Notes: generated from the sequence alone by a model not told the origin. A stretch of DNA of 24,000 bases from Bacillota bacterium (GCA_023443025.1 JAEZWM010000016.1:1-24000); one strand, 5' to 3'; positions 7,823 to 16,752 are shown, counted from the first letter of the stretch. A program made the numbers and translations.

Positions 7823-9320
7823 AAGGATTATATTAGAGAACAGAATACTGTTATCAGTAAATTTTTTTGTGTTTTGTTTTTTGTGTGGAATTGCACTGAA
7901 TGAATATAGAGAAATCAATATAGGTATATTCGGATATATACTTTCTGTTATTACAAATCACTACTATGTACTATACTGTATGTTGCCTACAATACTAATT
8001 ATAATTGCAAAATACATAAGAGGACAGAGAGATATTGAAACGATTAGGTTCAAAAGCTTTTTCCACCAAATTGGAAGTTCAATAAAATCATTTACAATAT
8101 GGATGCTGCTTTATATTAGTACGCACTTTACTATAGCATTTTTTATTGGAATACAGGTCTTTAAAAGTAGTAATTATCAAGCAATTGTAGATGATTCATT
8201 TTATAATGAGCTTGTTATAGTGCTGAATATGTATAGTCAACATTTTTATTATTTGGCTTTTGCTGTTGTACTAGTTGCCATATATTTTATGTTTGGATTT
8301 GTCGTTTTGTTTTCCTTGACTTCGTATGTAAATTATAAATATGGGTATAAAAAAATGATTATTGCATCAGTATTGATTTACATACTTACATTTATTGGGT
8401 TTAAAACTGAATTAAAATCTACTTTACCTATTCTTTGTTTTAATAATTATATATTATTGCATCATGGTTTGTTTGTGAACGGAGTATTAAAATTTACTTT
8501 AGTGTTGATAACAGGACTTTTAATATTATTGGTATGTAGCGGAAAAAGAATAACTAATAGAAGTGGTTATAAAACGTCTTATCTATTTGTCTCAAAGAAA
8601 GAAAATATAATATCGTTTATCATCGTTCTTTCTATGTTTTTAATAGAGGTGCTACGTAATCTTGGAAATGAATCTTTTAGTATGAAAGATGTACCTGTTT
8701 TAGTGATGCTTGGTACAGGAGGTGGATATAGTTCTTTTATATCATGGTTTCGCATGACAATTATTTATATGGCTCCCTTGTTTTTTATTGGTGTAGTGGA
8801 TAGTAGAATAAAAACATATGGACAAGCACCTGTATTGATTAGGATGAAAAGCAAATTGGAGTTTGATTATAAGCTTACAGTAGAGTATATAAAATACATA
8901 TTTAAATACACACTATATATGACTTTGGTTGGAAATGTTTTTTATTTTCTTGGGTTTTATATGAATCAAGGTGATAATTATTTAAACGAATTACTCGGTC
9001 TACAAATTACAAATTTAAAGTTAAATTTATATTTTGTTATTTTTTTCGTCTATTTAATATTTGATTTTCTGATCTTTAAAATAATATCTGATTATACTAG
9101 TGGTGTAGTTGCTTTTGTGAGTATATTGATTGCTAAATTTATTTTATTTGTAGTGCCATCAAGTAATTATTTTACCTTCAATTTTGGAATCATTGATTTT
9201 TGCAACAATCTTAAACAACAAAAGACGTTAATAAAAATATTACCTTTATTGTTTTTCATTGTGATATATTTTATTGTGTTTAGTAGAAAGAGGTACAAAT
9301 ATGTCAATCATAGAAATTAA
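7809..9320 (+). CDS. Large polytopic membrane protein (about 12 hydrophobic segments), putative permease or immunity component
   Basis: 503 aa, extremely Phe/Ile/Leu/Tyr-rich, with about 12-13 TM-like segments by eye arranged as two halves of about 250 aa. It overlaps the upstream gene by 14 nt and the ATPase gene by 20 nt. No catalytic motif was recognised. Confidence 0.7.
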   Translation: MKATKRIILENRILLSVNFFVFCFLCGIALNEYREINIGIFGYILSVITNHYYVLYCMLPTILIIIAKYIRGQRDIETIRFKSFFHQIGSSIKSFTIWMLLYISTHFTIAFFIGIQVFKSSNYQAIVDDSFYNELVIVLNMYSQHFYYLAFAVVLVAIYFMFGFVVLFSLTSYVNYKYGYKKMIIASVLIYILTFIGFKTELKSTLPILCFNNYILLHHGLFVNGVLKFTLVLITGLLILLVCSGKRITNRSGYKTSYLFVSKKENIISFIIVLSMFLIEVLRNLGNESFSMKDVPVLVMLGTGGGYSSFISWFRMTIIYMAPLFFIGVVDSRIKTYGQAPVLIRMKSKLEFDYKLTVEYIKYIFKYTLYMTLVGNVFYFLGFYMNQGDNYLNELLGLQITNLKLNLYFVIFFVYLIFDFLIFKIISDYTSGVVAFVSILIAKFILFVVPSSNYFTFNFGIIDFCNNLKQQKTLIKILPLLFFIVIYFIVFSRKRYKYVNHRN

Positions 9321-9972
9321 AAATATAAGCAAGAAGTTCAAACAGAACGTTTTATTTAATAATGCAAGTATGGATATCAAAGAGGGTACAACAGTAGGAA
9401 TAGTTGGAGCCAATGGTTCTGGAAAAAGTGTACTATTTAAATTAATAACAGGATTGGAGTTTGTAGACGAAGGAGACATATTCGTAAGAAATAAAAAAGT
9501 TGGTAAAGACTTAGACTTTCCAAGGGATGTAGGTTTATTTGTAAATCAACCAGGATATATTGACTTTTATGATGGATTTACAAATCTAAAATTATTAGCT
9601 GATATTCAAGGAAAGATTGATGATGAGAAAATAAAAAAATGTATGGAAAGTGTGGAACTGGATCCTGCTAATAAAACAAAAGTAAGAAACTACTCATCAG
9701 GTATGAAGCAAAAGCTTGGAATTGCTCAAGCAATAATGGAGAATCAAGATATAATATTATTGGATGAACCATTTAATGCGCTTGACTTTCAAACTAATGT
9801 AGAAGTTTTAGGGATATTATCGAAATTAAAAGAAGAAAACAAAACTATATTGTTAACATCACATCAACACGAATATTTAGATAAGGTATGTGATGAAATA
9901 TATATTATAATTGATAAAAAACTGCTTCCACTAACAGATGAAATAAAAGAGAAATATTTTTCGATATTTTAA
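9301..9972 (+). CDS. ABC transporter ATP-binding protein (short, ABC-2 / LanF/BcrA-like type)
   Basis: Walker A GANGSGKS, Q-loop VNQ, signature YSSGMKQKLGIA, Walker B IILLDEP, H-loop TSHQ. AGAAAGAGG lies 7 nt before ATG 9301; the track start TTG 9274 is unlikely. Confidence 0.9.
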   Translation: MSIIEIKNISKKFKQNVLFNNASMDIKEGTTVGIVGANGSGKSVLFKLITGLEFVDEGDIFVRNKKVGKDLDFPRDVGLFVNQPGYIDFYDGFTNLKLLADIQGKIDDEKIKKCMESVELDPANKTKVRNYSSGMKQKLGIAQAIMENQDIILLDEPFNALDFQTNVEVLGILSKLKEENKTILLTSHQHEYLDKVCDEIYIIIDKKLLPLTDEIKEKYFSIF

Positions 9973-10149
9973 TTCATAGTGAATTAAAGTAAGGTAAATT
10001 GAGCAGTTCTAAAAAGGAAAGATATTTTTGATTTTAATGAGAATAACAGCAGTGATGATACCTTATATAATGAGAAAGAGGACGAAACTCTAGAGTGGAT
10101 AGAAGATTCCGAAGATGTTGGGATTGATGAGTAGAAATAGAGGATGGAT

Positions 10150-10190
10150 GTTGTGTCAGAATTTTGGCTATTCTGACACAACTTCTTTTA
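10150..10190 (+). terminator. Strong intrinsic terminator closing the accessory operon
   Basis: 13-bp perfect stem GTTGTGTCAGAAT (10150-10162) / ATTCTGACACAAC (10170-10182), 7-nt loop, then the T-rich tail TTCTTTTA. Confidence 0.8.
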
Positions 10191-10209
10191 TAAAAAACAA
10201 TAAGAGATT

Positions 10210-10246
10210 AAGAGCCAAAACCTGTAAGTTAAGGGCTCTTTTTTTG
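10210..10246 (+). terminator. Second intrinsic terminator, possibly the ancestral hemW terminator
   Basis: AAGAGCC (10210-10216) pairs with GGCTCTT (10234-10240) and is followed by a T-run through 10245. The loop is long (17 nt) with some internal pairing. Confidence 0.5.
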
Positions 10247-10305
10247 ATTTCTGATGAACTTTTTAACCCATAATATATGAAATTATAAATTATTTATTAA
10301 AACTA

Positions 10306-10334
10306 TTGACAAAGAGCAAAAATTTTTGTATTAT
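10306..10334 (+). promoter_or_regulatory. Sigma-A promoter of the hrcA-grpE-dnaK operon
   Basis: TTGACA (10306-10311), 17-nt spacer, TATTAT (10329-10334). CIRCE begins 5 nt downstream. Confidence 0.65.
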
Positions 10335-10338
10335 ATTA

Positions 10339-10365
10339 TTAGCACTCGGAGCGAGTGAGTGCTAA
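10339..10365 (+). promoter_or_regulatory. CIRCE operator (HrcA binding site)
   Basis: TTAGCACTC-GGAGCGAGT-GAGTGCTAA is a perfect match to the CIRCE consensus TTAGCACTC-N9-GAGTGCTAA, located between the promoter and hrcA. Confidence 0.95.
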
Positions 10366-10388
10366 CAAAAAAGAAATAGGGTGAGGAC

Positions 10389-11414
10389 ATGTTAGATGAG
10401 AGAAAGCTGAGCATACTTTATGCGATAATAAACAGCTATATACTATGTGCTGAACCCATTGGATCAAGGACGATTTCTAAACAGTATGATTTAGGAGTTA
10501 GTTCGGCGACTATCAGAAATGAGATGTCTGATTTGGAGAGTTTGGGGTACTTGAACAAGGCACACTCTTCTTCGGGTAGGATTCCATCTGACAAGGCCTA
10601 TAGACATTATGTCAACTATCTTTTAAACGAGCTGTTTACCGAAAAGGCTCTTGATAAGACAATGATTTCTATGCTCTTAGACAAAGATTTTGATGCATTG
10701 GAATCTTTAATTACTAATTCTGCAAAAGTTCTTTCAGATATAACGAAGTATACTGCACTGGCGATAGTTTCTAAACAGACTAGCATAAAGATAAAGAAAT
10801 TGCAGCTTGTTGAACTTTCACCTATAACCTTGGTACTATTGATAGTTTATGATACTGAGGATGTTGTGCATCATACTCTTTATTTGGAGGAGCCCGTTGA
10901 TAAGGAATTTATTGAGAATTTAAATAAATATATCAATCTAAAGCTTATAGGCAATAGATTAGCCGATATTCCAAAAACAATCGATGCCCTTTTAAAATCA
11001 GCACCACCTGAGTACAAAAGATTTTTAATGTACTTGCGAGAAGTTTTTGCTTCTCAGATTAATGAGATGAATCAAACTCGTATCATCTACGATGGGGTTG
11101 CAAATATTTTCAACTATCCTGAGTATAAGGATGTTGATAAGGCGAAGGAGTTTGTCGATTTTATTGAGGGTAAAGACGGCTTGGCAGAAATAATATCAAA
11201 AGATGATGAAGAAGAATTAAAGATTAGCATCGGAGAAGAAAACGAGCTTGAGTTGTTAGCTGAGTTATCAATTGTTTCTTCTGTGTACGGACTTGGAGAC
11301 AATCTACACGGAAGAATCGGAATAATTGGTCCTAAGAGAATGGACTACAGCGCAGTTATTATGACAATATTATCGCTGACTGAAGCATTAGAGTCCCTAA
11401 GTAATAGAGAATAG
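10389..11414 (+). CDS. hrcA: Heat-inducible transcription repressor HrcA
   Basis: N-terminal winged-helix LDERKLSILYAIINSY...EPIGSRTISK...SSATIRNEMSDLE..GYL. It is the first gene of the CIRCE-controlled dnaK operon. Confidence 0.95.
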   Translation: MLDERKLSILYAIINSYILCAEPIGSRTISKQYDLGVSSATIRNEMSDLESLGYLNKAHSSSGRIPSDKAYRHYVNYLLNELFTEKALDKTMISMLLDKDFDALESLITNSAKVLSDITKYTALAIVSKQTSIKIKKLQLVELSPITLVLLIVYDTEDVVHHTLYLEEPVDKEFIENLNKYINLKLIGNRLADIPKTIDALLKSAPPEYKRFLMYLREVFASQINEMNQTRIIYDGVANIFNYPEYKDVDKAKEFVDFIEGKDGLAEIISKDDEEELKISIGEENELELLAELSIVSSVYGLGDNLHGRIGIIGPKRMDYSAVIMTILSLTEALESLSNRE

Positions 11415-11430
11415 ACGAGGTGATCAGTTT

Positions 11431-11982
11431 ATGGATGAGAAGAAATACGATGAAAATGATACGGAAATTATAGACGAGGAAACGACTGAAGATGTCGAAG
11501 TTGACGAAGACATTGAAACACTGGAAGATGAAGCTGAAGAGATAGAAGCTGAAATAGTGGATGAAAACAATGAAGTTGATGAGTTAAAATCAACACTGGT
11601 CAGACTACAGGCTGACTTTAATAATTATAGAAATAGAGTCAATAAAGAAAAAGCTCAAACGATTAAGTTTGCTACTGAATCACTGGTAGAGAAACTACTT
11701 CCTATTCTTGACGACTTTGATCGAGCCATAGATTCCTGCAAGGAAGACCCTAGTATTGTTGAAGGGTTTAGCTTGATAAGGGCTCAAATGTTAAAGGTTC
11801 TCGAAGGACAAGGCTTAGAAATTATTGAATCTGATGGCGTAGAGTTCGACCCTAATCTACACAATGCTGTAGTTATGGAAGAGTCCGATGAAAAGTCGGG
11901 TATAATCACCGAAACTTTTCAAAAGGGATACAAACTGGGTGATAGAGTTCTACGTGCAAGCATGGTTAAGGTAAGCAAATAA
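11431..11982 (+). CDS. grpE: Nucleotide exchange factor GrpE
   Basis: Acidic N-terminal tail, then LQADFNNYRNR...LLPILDDFDRA...FDPNLHNAV...GYKLGDRVLRASMVKV. Confidence 0.95.
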   Translation: MDEKKYDENDTEIIDEETTEDVEVDEDIETLEDEAEEIEAEIVDENNEVDELKSTLVRLQADFNNYRNRVNKEKAQTIKFATESLVEKLLPILDDFDRAIDSCKEDPSIVEGFSLIRAQMLKVLEGQGLEIIESDGVEFDPNLHNAVVMEESDEKSGIITETFQKGYKLGDRVLRASMVKVSK

Positions 11983-12018
11983 ATAAATTTTAAATAAACA
12001 AATTTTAGGAGGAAAACT

Positions 12019-13848
12019 ATGAGTAAAATTATTGGTATAGACTTAGGAACAACAAACTCTGCCGTAGCTGTTATGGAAGGTGGAGAAGCAATTATTATCC
12101 CAAATGCGGAAGGTAACAGAACTACTCCTTCAATTGTTGCATTTGCAAAGGATGGCGAAAGACTAGTAGGAGAAACTGCTAAAAGACAAGCCATCACAAA
12201 TCCTGATAGAACTATCAGTTCAATCAAAAGAGAGATGGGTTCTGACTGGAAAAAGAATATAGATGATAAGGACTACTCACCTGAAGAAATTTCTGCTATG
12301 ATACTTCAAAAAATCAAAACAGATGCTGAAAACTACCTTGGTGAAACTGTAACTGAAGCGGTTATAACAGTACCTGCTTACTTTACAGACTCTCAAAGAC
12401 AAGCTACAAAAGATGCAGGAAAAATTGCAGGTCTTGAAGTTAAGAGAATTATAAACGAGCCAACTGCAGCTGCTCTTGCTTACGGAATCGACAAAGAGCA
12501 TGATCAGCATAAGATTATGGTGTATGACCTTGGTGGTGGAACATTTGACGTTTCCATACTGGAAGTTGGTGACGGAGTATTCGAAGTGCTTTCTACTAGA
12601 GGAAACAACAGACTTGGTGGAGACGACTTTGACCAAGAATTAATTGACTATATAGCTGAAGAGTACAAGAAAGAATCAGGAATTGATTTAAGAGATGATG
12701 CTACTGCGCTTCAAAGACTTAAAGATGCAGCTGAAAAAGCAAAGAAAGAGCTTTCTACAACTCTTACTTCAAATGTTAACCTACCTTTTATCACTGCTAT
12801 CAATGGTGTTCCTGCTCACTTAAATATGGATATTAAAAGAGCAAAATTTGAAGAACTAACTGCTCACTTAGTTGAAAAGACTATGGGTCCTGTAAGAGAA
12901 GCGCTAAGAGACGCTGACCTTACTCCAAGCGATATCGAGAAGATACTTCTAGTTGGTGGATCTACAAGAATCCCGGCTGTTCAAGAAGCTGTTAAACAAC
13001 TAATCGGGAAAGAACCTCAAAAGGACATCAACCCGGACGAATGTGTGGCAATAGGTGCAGCTATTCAAGGTGGAGTACTGGCTGGAGAGGTTAAAGACTT
13101 ACTATTACTGGATGTTACACCACTTTCACTTGGAATTGAGACTCTTGGTGGAGTGTCAACAAAACTTATAGAAAGAAATACAACTATCCCAACTAAGAAG
13201 AGCCAAATATTTACAACCGCAGCAGATGGACAAACTTCTGTAGACATTCATGTACTTCAAGGTGAGAGAGAAATGGCAGCTGACAATACTACTCTTGGTA
13301 GATTCCAATTGACAGGGATTCCTGCTGCAGCTAGAGGCATCCCACAAATCGAAGTTACATTTGACATAGATGCAAATGGTATTGTAAATGTAAGTGCAAA
13401 AGATTTAGGTTCAGGAAAAGAGCAAAAGATAACAATCACTGCTTCAACTAAGATGTCTGACGACGAGATTGAAAGAAAAGTTAAAGAAGCTGAACAATTT
13501 GCTGAAGATGACAAGAAAAAGAAAGAAATCATCGAAGCTAAAAACAATGGTGAAAGTATAATTTACCAAACTGAAAAATCACTTAAAGATCTAGGTGATA
13601 AAGTAGATTCAGCTGAAAAAGAAAACATTGAAGCAAAGATTGCTGAGTTAAGAACTGCTTTAGAATCAGACAATGTAGAAGATATTAAAGCAAAAACCGA
13701 CGAGTTAACTCAAGACTTCTATAAGATTTCTCAAAAACTATACGAAGGTACAGGCGAAGCAGCAGGTGCAGAGCAACCGGGAGAACAAGCTCCGGAAGAC
13801 GATGTAGTAGATGCTGACTACGAAGTAGTTGACGAGGACGAAGAATAA
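12019..13848 (+). CDS. dnaK: Molecular chaperone DnaK (Hsp70)
   Basis: [27 protein letters not shown] and VGGSTRIP motifs are present. AGGAGG SD lies 7 nt upstream. Acidic C-terminal tail. Confidence 0.99.
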   Translation: MSKIIGIDLGTTNSAVAVMEGGEAIIIPNAEGNRTTPSIVAFAKDGERLVGETAKRQAITNPDRTISSIKREMGSDWKKNIDDKDYSPEEISAMILQKIKTDAENYLGETVTEAVITVPAYFTDSQRQATKDAGKIAGLEVKRIINEPTAAALAYGIDKEHDQHKIMVYDLGGGTFDVSILEVGDGVFEVLSTRGNNRLGGDDFDQELIDYIAEEYKKESGIDLRDDATALQRLKDAAEKAKKELSTTLTSNVNLPFITAINGVPAHLNMDIKRAKFEELTAHLVEKTMGPVREALRDADLTPSDIEKILLVGGSTRIPAVQEAVKQLIGKEPQKDINPDECVAIGAAIQGGVLAGEVKDLLLLDVTPLSLGIETLGGVSTKLIERNTTIPTKKSQIFTTAADGQTSVDIHVLQGEREMAADNTTLGRFQLTGIPAAARGIPQIEVTFDIDANGIVNVSAKDLGSGKEQKITITASTKMSDDEIERKVKEAEQFAEDDKKKKEIIEAKNNGESIIYQTEKSLKDLGDKVDSAEKENIEAKIAELRTALESDNVEDIKAKTDELTQDFYKISQKLYEGTGEAAGAEQPGEQAPEDDVVDADYEVVDEDEE

Positions 13849-13861
13849 TTTATAAAACCGG

Positions 13862-13890
13862 AAAAGGTGGGATTCTATCCTGCCTTTTTT
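13862..13890 (+). terminator. Intrinsic terminator after dnaK
   Basis: GGTGGGAT (13866-13873) pairs with ATCCTGCC (13877-13884) including two G-U pairs, with a 3-nt loop. An A-run precedes it and T6 follows (13885-13890). Confidence 0.55.
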
Positions 13891-13902
13891 AAATTCACTT
13901 AG

Positions 13903-13931
13903 TTGACAATGCACTTTATATATGTAAAAAT
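13903..13931 (+). promoter_or_regulatory. Candidate internal promoter for dnaJ-prmA-rsmE-mtaB
   Basis: TTGACA (13903-13908), 17-nt spacer containing TG at 13923-13924, weak -10 AAAAAT (13926-13931). No CIRCE was seen here. Confidence 0.35.
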
Positions 13932-13972
13932 ATTGTAGGCAATTATAAGATAGTAGAAGGACTGGTGACAAA

Positions 13973-15100
13973 TTGAGAAATCTTTATGAAACTCTTGAAG
14001 TGGAATCCACTGCCACTCAAGACGAAATAAAAAGATCATATAGAAGGCTTGCTAAAAAATACCATCCGGATCTTAACCCGGATGATGAAACGGCAAGTGA
14101 AAAATTAAAGGAAATAAACCTGGCGTATGAAGTGCTAAGCGATCCAAATAAGAGATCTAAGTACGACACATATGGTGATGCAATATTTGAAGGAGCGGGA
14201 GCCGGCGGCGGATACGGCGGTGGTTTCGAAGACATTTTCGGTACGATTTTCAACGACTTTTTCGGTGGAGGATTCTCAGGGGCAGGTACACACACCTCAA
14301 GAGCTCAGAGGGCTTATAAAGGTGAAGATATATCGACATATCTAACGATAGAGTTTGAAGAAGCTGTGTTCGGTACTGAAAAGGAAGTAAGCATCAGGCG
14401 AAGAGAAACCTGTGAAACCTGTGATGGAAGCGGTGCTAAGCCGGGAACTGAGAAGAAGACTTGTACTACTTGCTCGGGAACAGGTCAGGTAAGCTTTACC
14501 CAAGAGTCTCCTTTTGGAAGATTCGTAAGGACTTCAGTCTGTCCGGAATGTCATGGCACTGGGGAGATAATCGAAGAACACTGTGAAACATGCCACGGTG
14601 AAGGACATGTTATTAAGAATAGAACCATAAAGGTAAAAATAGTAGCAGGAGTAGATAATGAAACAGTAATAAGAGTTACAGGTGAAGGTCATGCCGGGGT
14701 AAATGGCGGGCCTAATGGTGACCTCTACGTTGTACTGACGGTAAAAGAGCATGAACTCTTTGAAAGAAGAGGACTAGATGTATTCTACGAGCTACCGATA
14801 AGGTTTACGCAGGCTGCACTTGGTGATGAAATAGAAGTACCGGTACTAGATGGGGTTGAAAAGCTGGACATACCTAGTGGAACTCAATCAGGAAAGATAT
14901 TTAGACTAAGAGGCAAAGGAATAAAGAGCCCTAGAGCACCTCAAATCGGTGACATATACATCACAGCTCAAGTTGTGACTCCGGATAATTTAACCGACAG
15001 ACAGATTGAAATATTAAAAGAATTTGATGAGATAGAGGGCAAGGAAACCAAAGAAAAGAAAAAGAAATTCTTCGATAAGGTCAAGGATATCTTTGAGTAG
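13973..15100 (+). CDS. dnaJ: Co-chaperone DnaJ (type I Hsp40)
   Basis: J-domain with YHPDLNP (HPD), Gly/Phe-rich linker and four CxxCxGxG zinc-finger repeats (CETCDGSG, CTTCSGTG, CPECHGTG, CETCHGEG). TTG start. Confidence 0.97.
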   Translation: MRNLYETLEVESTATQDEIKRSYRRLAKKYHPDLNPDDETASEKLKEINLAYEVLSDPNKRSKYDTYGDAIFEGAGAGGGYGGGFEDIFGTIFNDFFGGGFSGAGTHTSRAQRAYKGEDISTYLTIEFEEAVFGTEKEVSIRRRETCETCDGSGAKPGTEKKTCTTCSGTGQVSFTQESPFGRFVRTSVCPECHGTGEIIEEHCETCHGEGHVIKNRTIKVKIVAGVDNETVIRVTGEGHAGVNGGPNGDLYVVLTVKEHELFERRGLDVFYELPIRFTQAALGDEIEVPVLDGVEKLDIPSGTQSGKIFRLRGKGIKSPRAPQIGDIYITAQVVTPDNLTDRQIEILKEFDEIEGKETKEKKKKFFDKVKDIFE

Positions 15101-15108
15101 GTGTAAAC

Positions 15109-16035
15109 ATGAAATGGATTGAGATAATCCTAAAAACGCATAGAGATAATGAGGATTTACTCGTCGATAAGCTGTACGAATACAATATTGACGGGGTAAA
15201 TGTTGAAGATGAAAATCTAATCTTTGATGTATATGAACATAATACCGACTGGGAATTAATCGACCTTCCGGATAGTGAACCGGGAGATATAATAAAGCTT
15301 AAAGTGTTCTTTGATACTGAGGAATACAATGGATTTATAAAAACAGAACTCAGACATTATATCGACAGTGTTGACTACGAAGTTGAAATCGTCGATGAAG
15401 TGATTCTGGATAATATGGATTGGGCAACCGAGTGGAAGAAATACTATAAGGTATTCAAACTCGGTGAAAAGCTTGTAATAAAACCATCTTGGGAAGATTA
15501 TGATGCTTCTAAAGAAGAGATTGTAATTGATATAGATCCTGGAATGGCTTTTGGTACCGGTACACATGCTTCGACCTATCTATGTCTGGAGATAATGGAA
15601 GAGATGGGTATAGGTGGGAAAAACATAATCGATATCGGTACGGGTTCCGGTATACTTGCAATAGCTGCAGCGAAGCTCGGCGCGAAAAGTGTAACCGCAA
15701 TTGATCTCGATCCGGTTTGTATTAGTACAACTACCGAGAATTCAAAACTAAATAAATGCGAGGATATCATAGATGTTTTTGAAGCTGATTTGACCAAAGG
15801 GATAGATGGCATTTATGATGTTGCATTAATCAATATCATCGCAGAAGTAATAGTAGAACTTCTCGATTATCTTCATGAGAACCTGAAACATGGATCCAAG
15901 GTTATCTTATCCGGAATTATAAATGAAAATGCTCGAATGGTTTATGACAAGCTAGATGAAATGGGATATGTTGTAATTTCATCAAAACAAAAAGATGGAT
16001 GGACAGCTATCCATGCGGAGTATAGAAATGCATAG
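15109..16035 (+). CDS. prmA: Ribosomal protein L11 methyltransferase
   Basis: DPGMAFGTGTHASTYLCLE and the SAM motif DIGTGSGILAIAAAKLGA. It lies after dnaJ, as in Bacillus. Confidence 0.9.
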   Translation: MKWIEIILKTHRDNEDLLVDKLYEYNIDGVNVEDENLIFDVYEHNTDWELIDLPDSEPGDIIKLKVFFDTEEYNGFIKTELRHYIDSVDYEVEIVDEVILDNMDWATEWKKYYKVFKLGEKLVIKPSWEDYDASKEEIVIDIDPGMAFGTGTHASTYLCLEIMEEMGIGGKNIIDIGTGSGILAIAAAKLGAKSVTAIDLDPVCISTTTENSKLNKCEDIIDVFEADLTKGIDGIYDVALINIIAEVIVELLDYLHENLKHGSKVILSGIINENARMVYDKLDEMGYVVISSKQKDGWTAIHAEYRNA

Positions 16036-16750
16036 ATGCTTTATTAATGATAGTGTAATAATTGATGAAACTTTTAGTATCGGTGGAGATGACCGAAATC
16101 ATATTGTAAACTCACTAAGAATGAAGATGGGTGAGAGACTGGAAGTTGTTGGTGGTAATGGTTCGTTTCTATGTGAAATTGTAGATATTACCGGTGAAGA
16201 CTTAAGGATTAAAGCAATAGAGGAAATAGAAAAACAAAGTGAGTCGCATATAGATATAATTCTTTATCAGGCACTTGCAAAGGGCGATAAGATGGATTTT
16301 ATAGTACAGAAAGCAACTGAGCTTGGGGTCAAAGAAATCCATCCGATAAATACCGTAAGGACTGTAGTTAAACTGGAATCTAAGAGAGCTAAAAAGAGAA
16401 TCGAAAGACTTAACTCTATAGCAAAGGAAGCTTGTAAACAGTCGAGAAGGGATTATATACCTGAAGTTAGGGATATCATCGACTTAAGTGATATAAATGA
16501 AGAAACTCTTTTGGTTGCATACGAAACAGAAGAAGATAAGACTCTAAAAGCTAAGCTTAAAGAACTAAAATCAAATAGAATTGCAGTACTCATAGGACCG
16601 GAAGGCGGATTTGATCCGAAAGAGATTGAATTTTTAAGTGAAAGAGGAGCTCATATAATTTCACTCGGACCAAGGATACTAAGAACAGAAACTGCCGGTC
16701 TTGCATTGGTTTCAATTATCCAATACGAACTTGGCGATATGGGAGAATAG
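16028..16750 (+). CDS. rsmE: 16S rRNA (uracil1498-N3)-methyltransferase RsmE
   Basis: MHRCFI... N-terminus, LIGPEGGF and LGPRILRTETAGL motifs. ATG 16028 overlaps the prmA stop (ATGCATAG) and follows GGAG by 7 nt. The longer track ORF from 15995 is unlikely. Confidence 0.85.
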   Translation: MHRCFINDSVIIDETFSIGGDDRNHIVNSLRMKMGERLEVVGGNGSFLCEIVDITGEDLRIKAIEEIEKQSESHIDIILYQALAKGDKMDFIVQKATELGVKEIHPINTVRTVVKLESKRAKKRIERLNSIAKEACKQSRRDYIPEVRDIIDLSDINEETLLVAYETEEDKTLKAKLKELKSNRIAVLIGPEGGFDPKEIEFLSERGAHIISLGPRILRTETAGLALVSIIQYELGDMGE

Positions 16751-16752
16751 AT

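Noticed and set aside
4415-9988. GTGAATT(T)AAA just after the hemW stop (4415-4425) and just after the ABC ATPase stop (9979-9988) as target-site duplication or island att sites
   Set aside because: Only a 7-nt exact core in very AT-rich DNA, so chance occurrence is plausible. There is no integrase or transposase, and the right copy lies inside the island rather than at its outer edge.
9984-10181. 65-aa minus-strand ORF in the island/hrcA spacer
   Set aside because: Its start codon lies within the terminator hairpin. It has no SD and a low-complexity Ser-rich translation, and it is antisense to the acidic ORF remnant. It is most likely spurious.
13849-13972. A second CIRCE element upstream of dnaJ
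   Set aside because: I looked for TTAGCACTC / GAGTGCTAA half-sites and found none. Only the hrcA-proximal copy (10339-10365) exists in the window.
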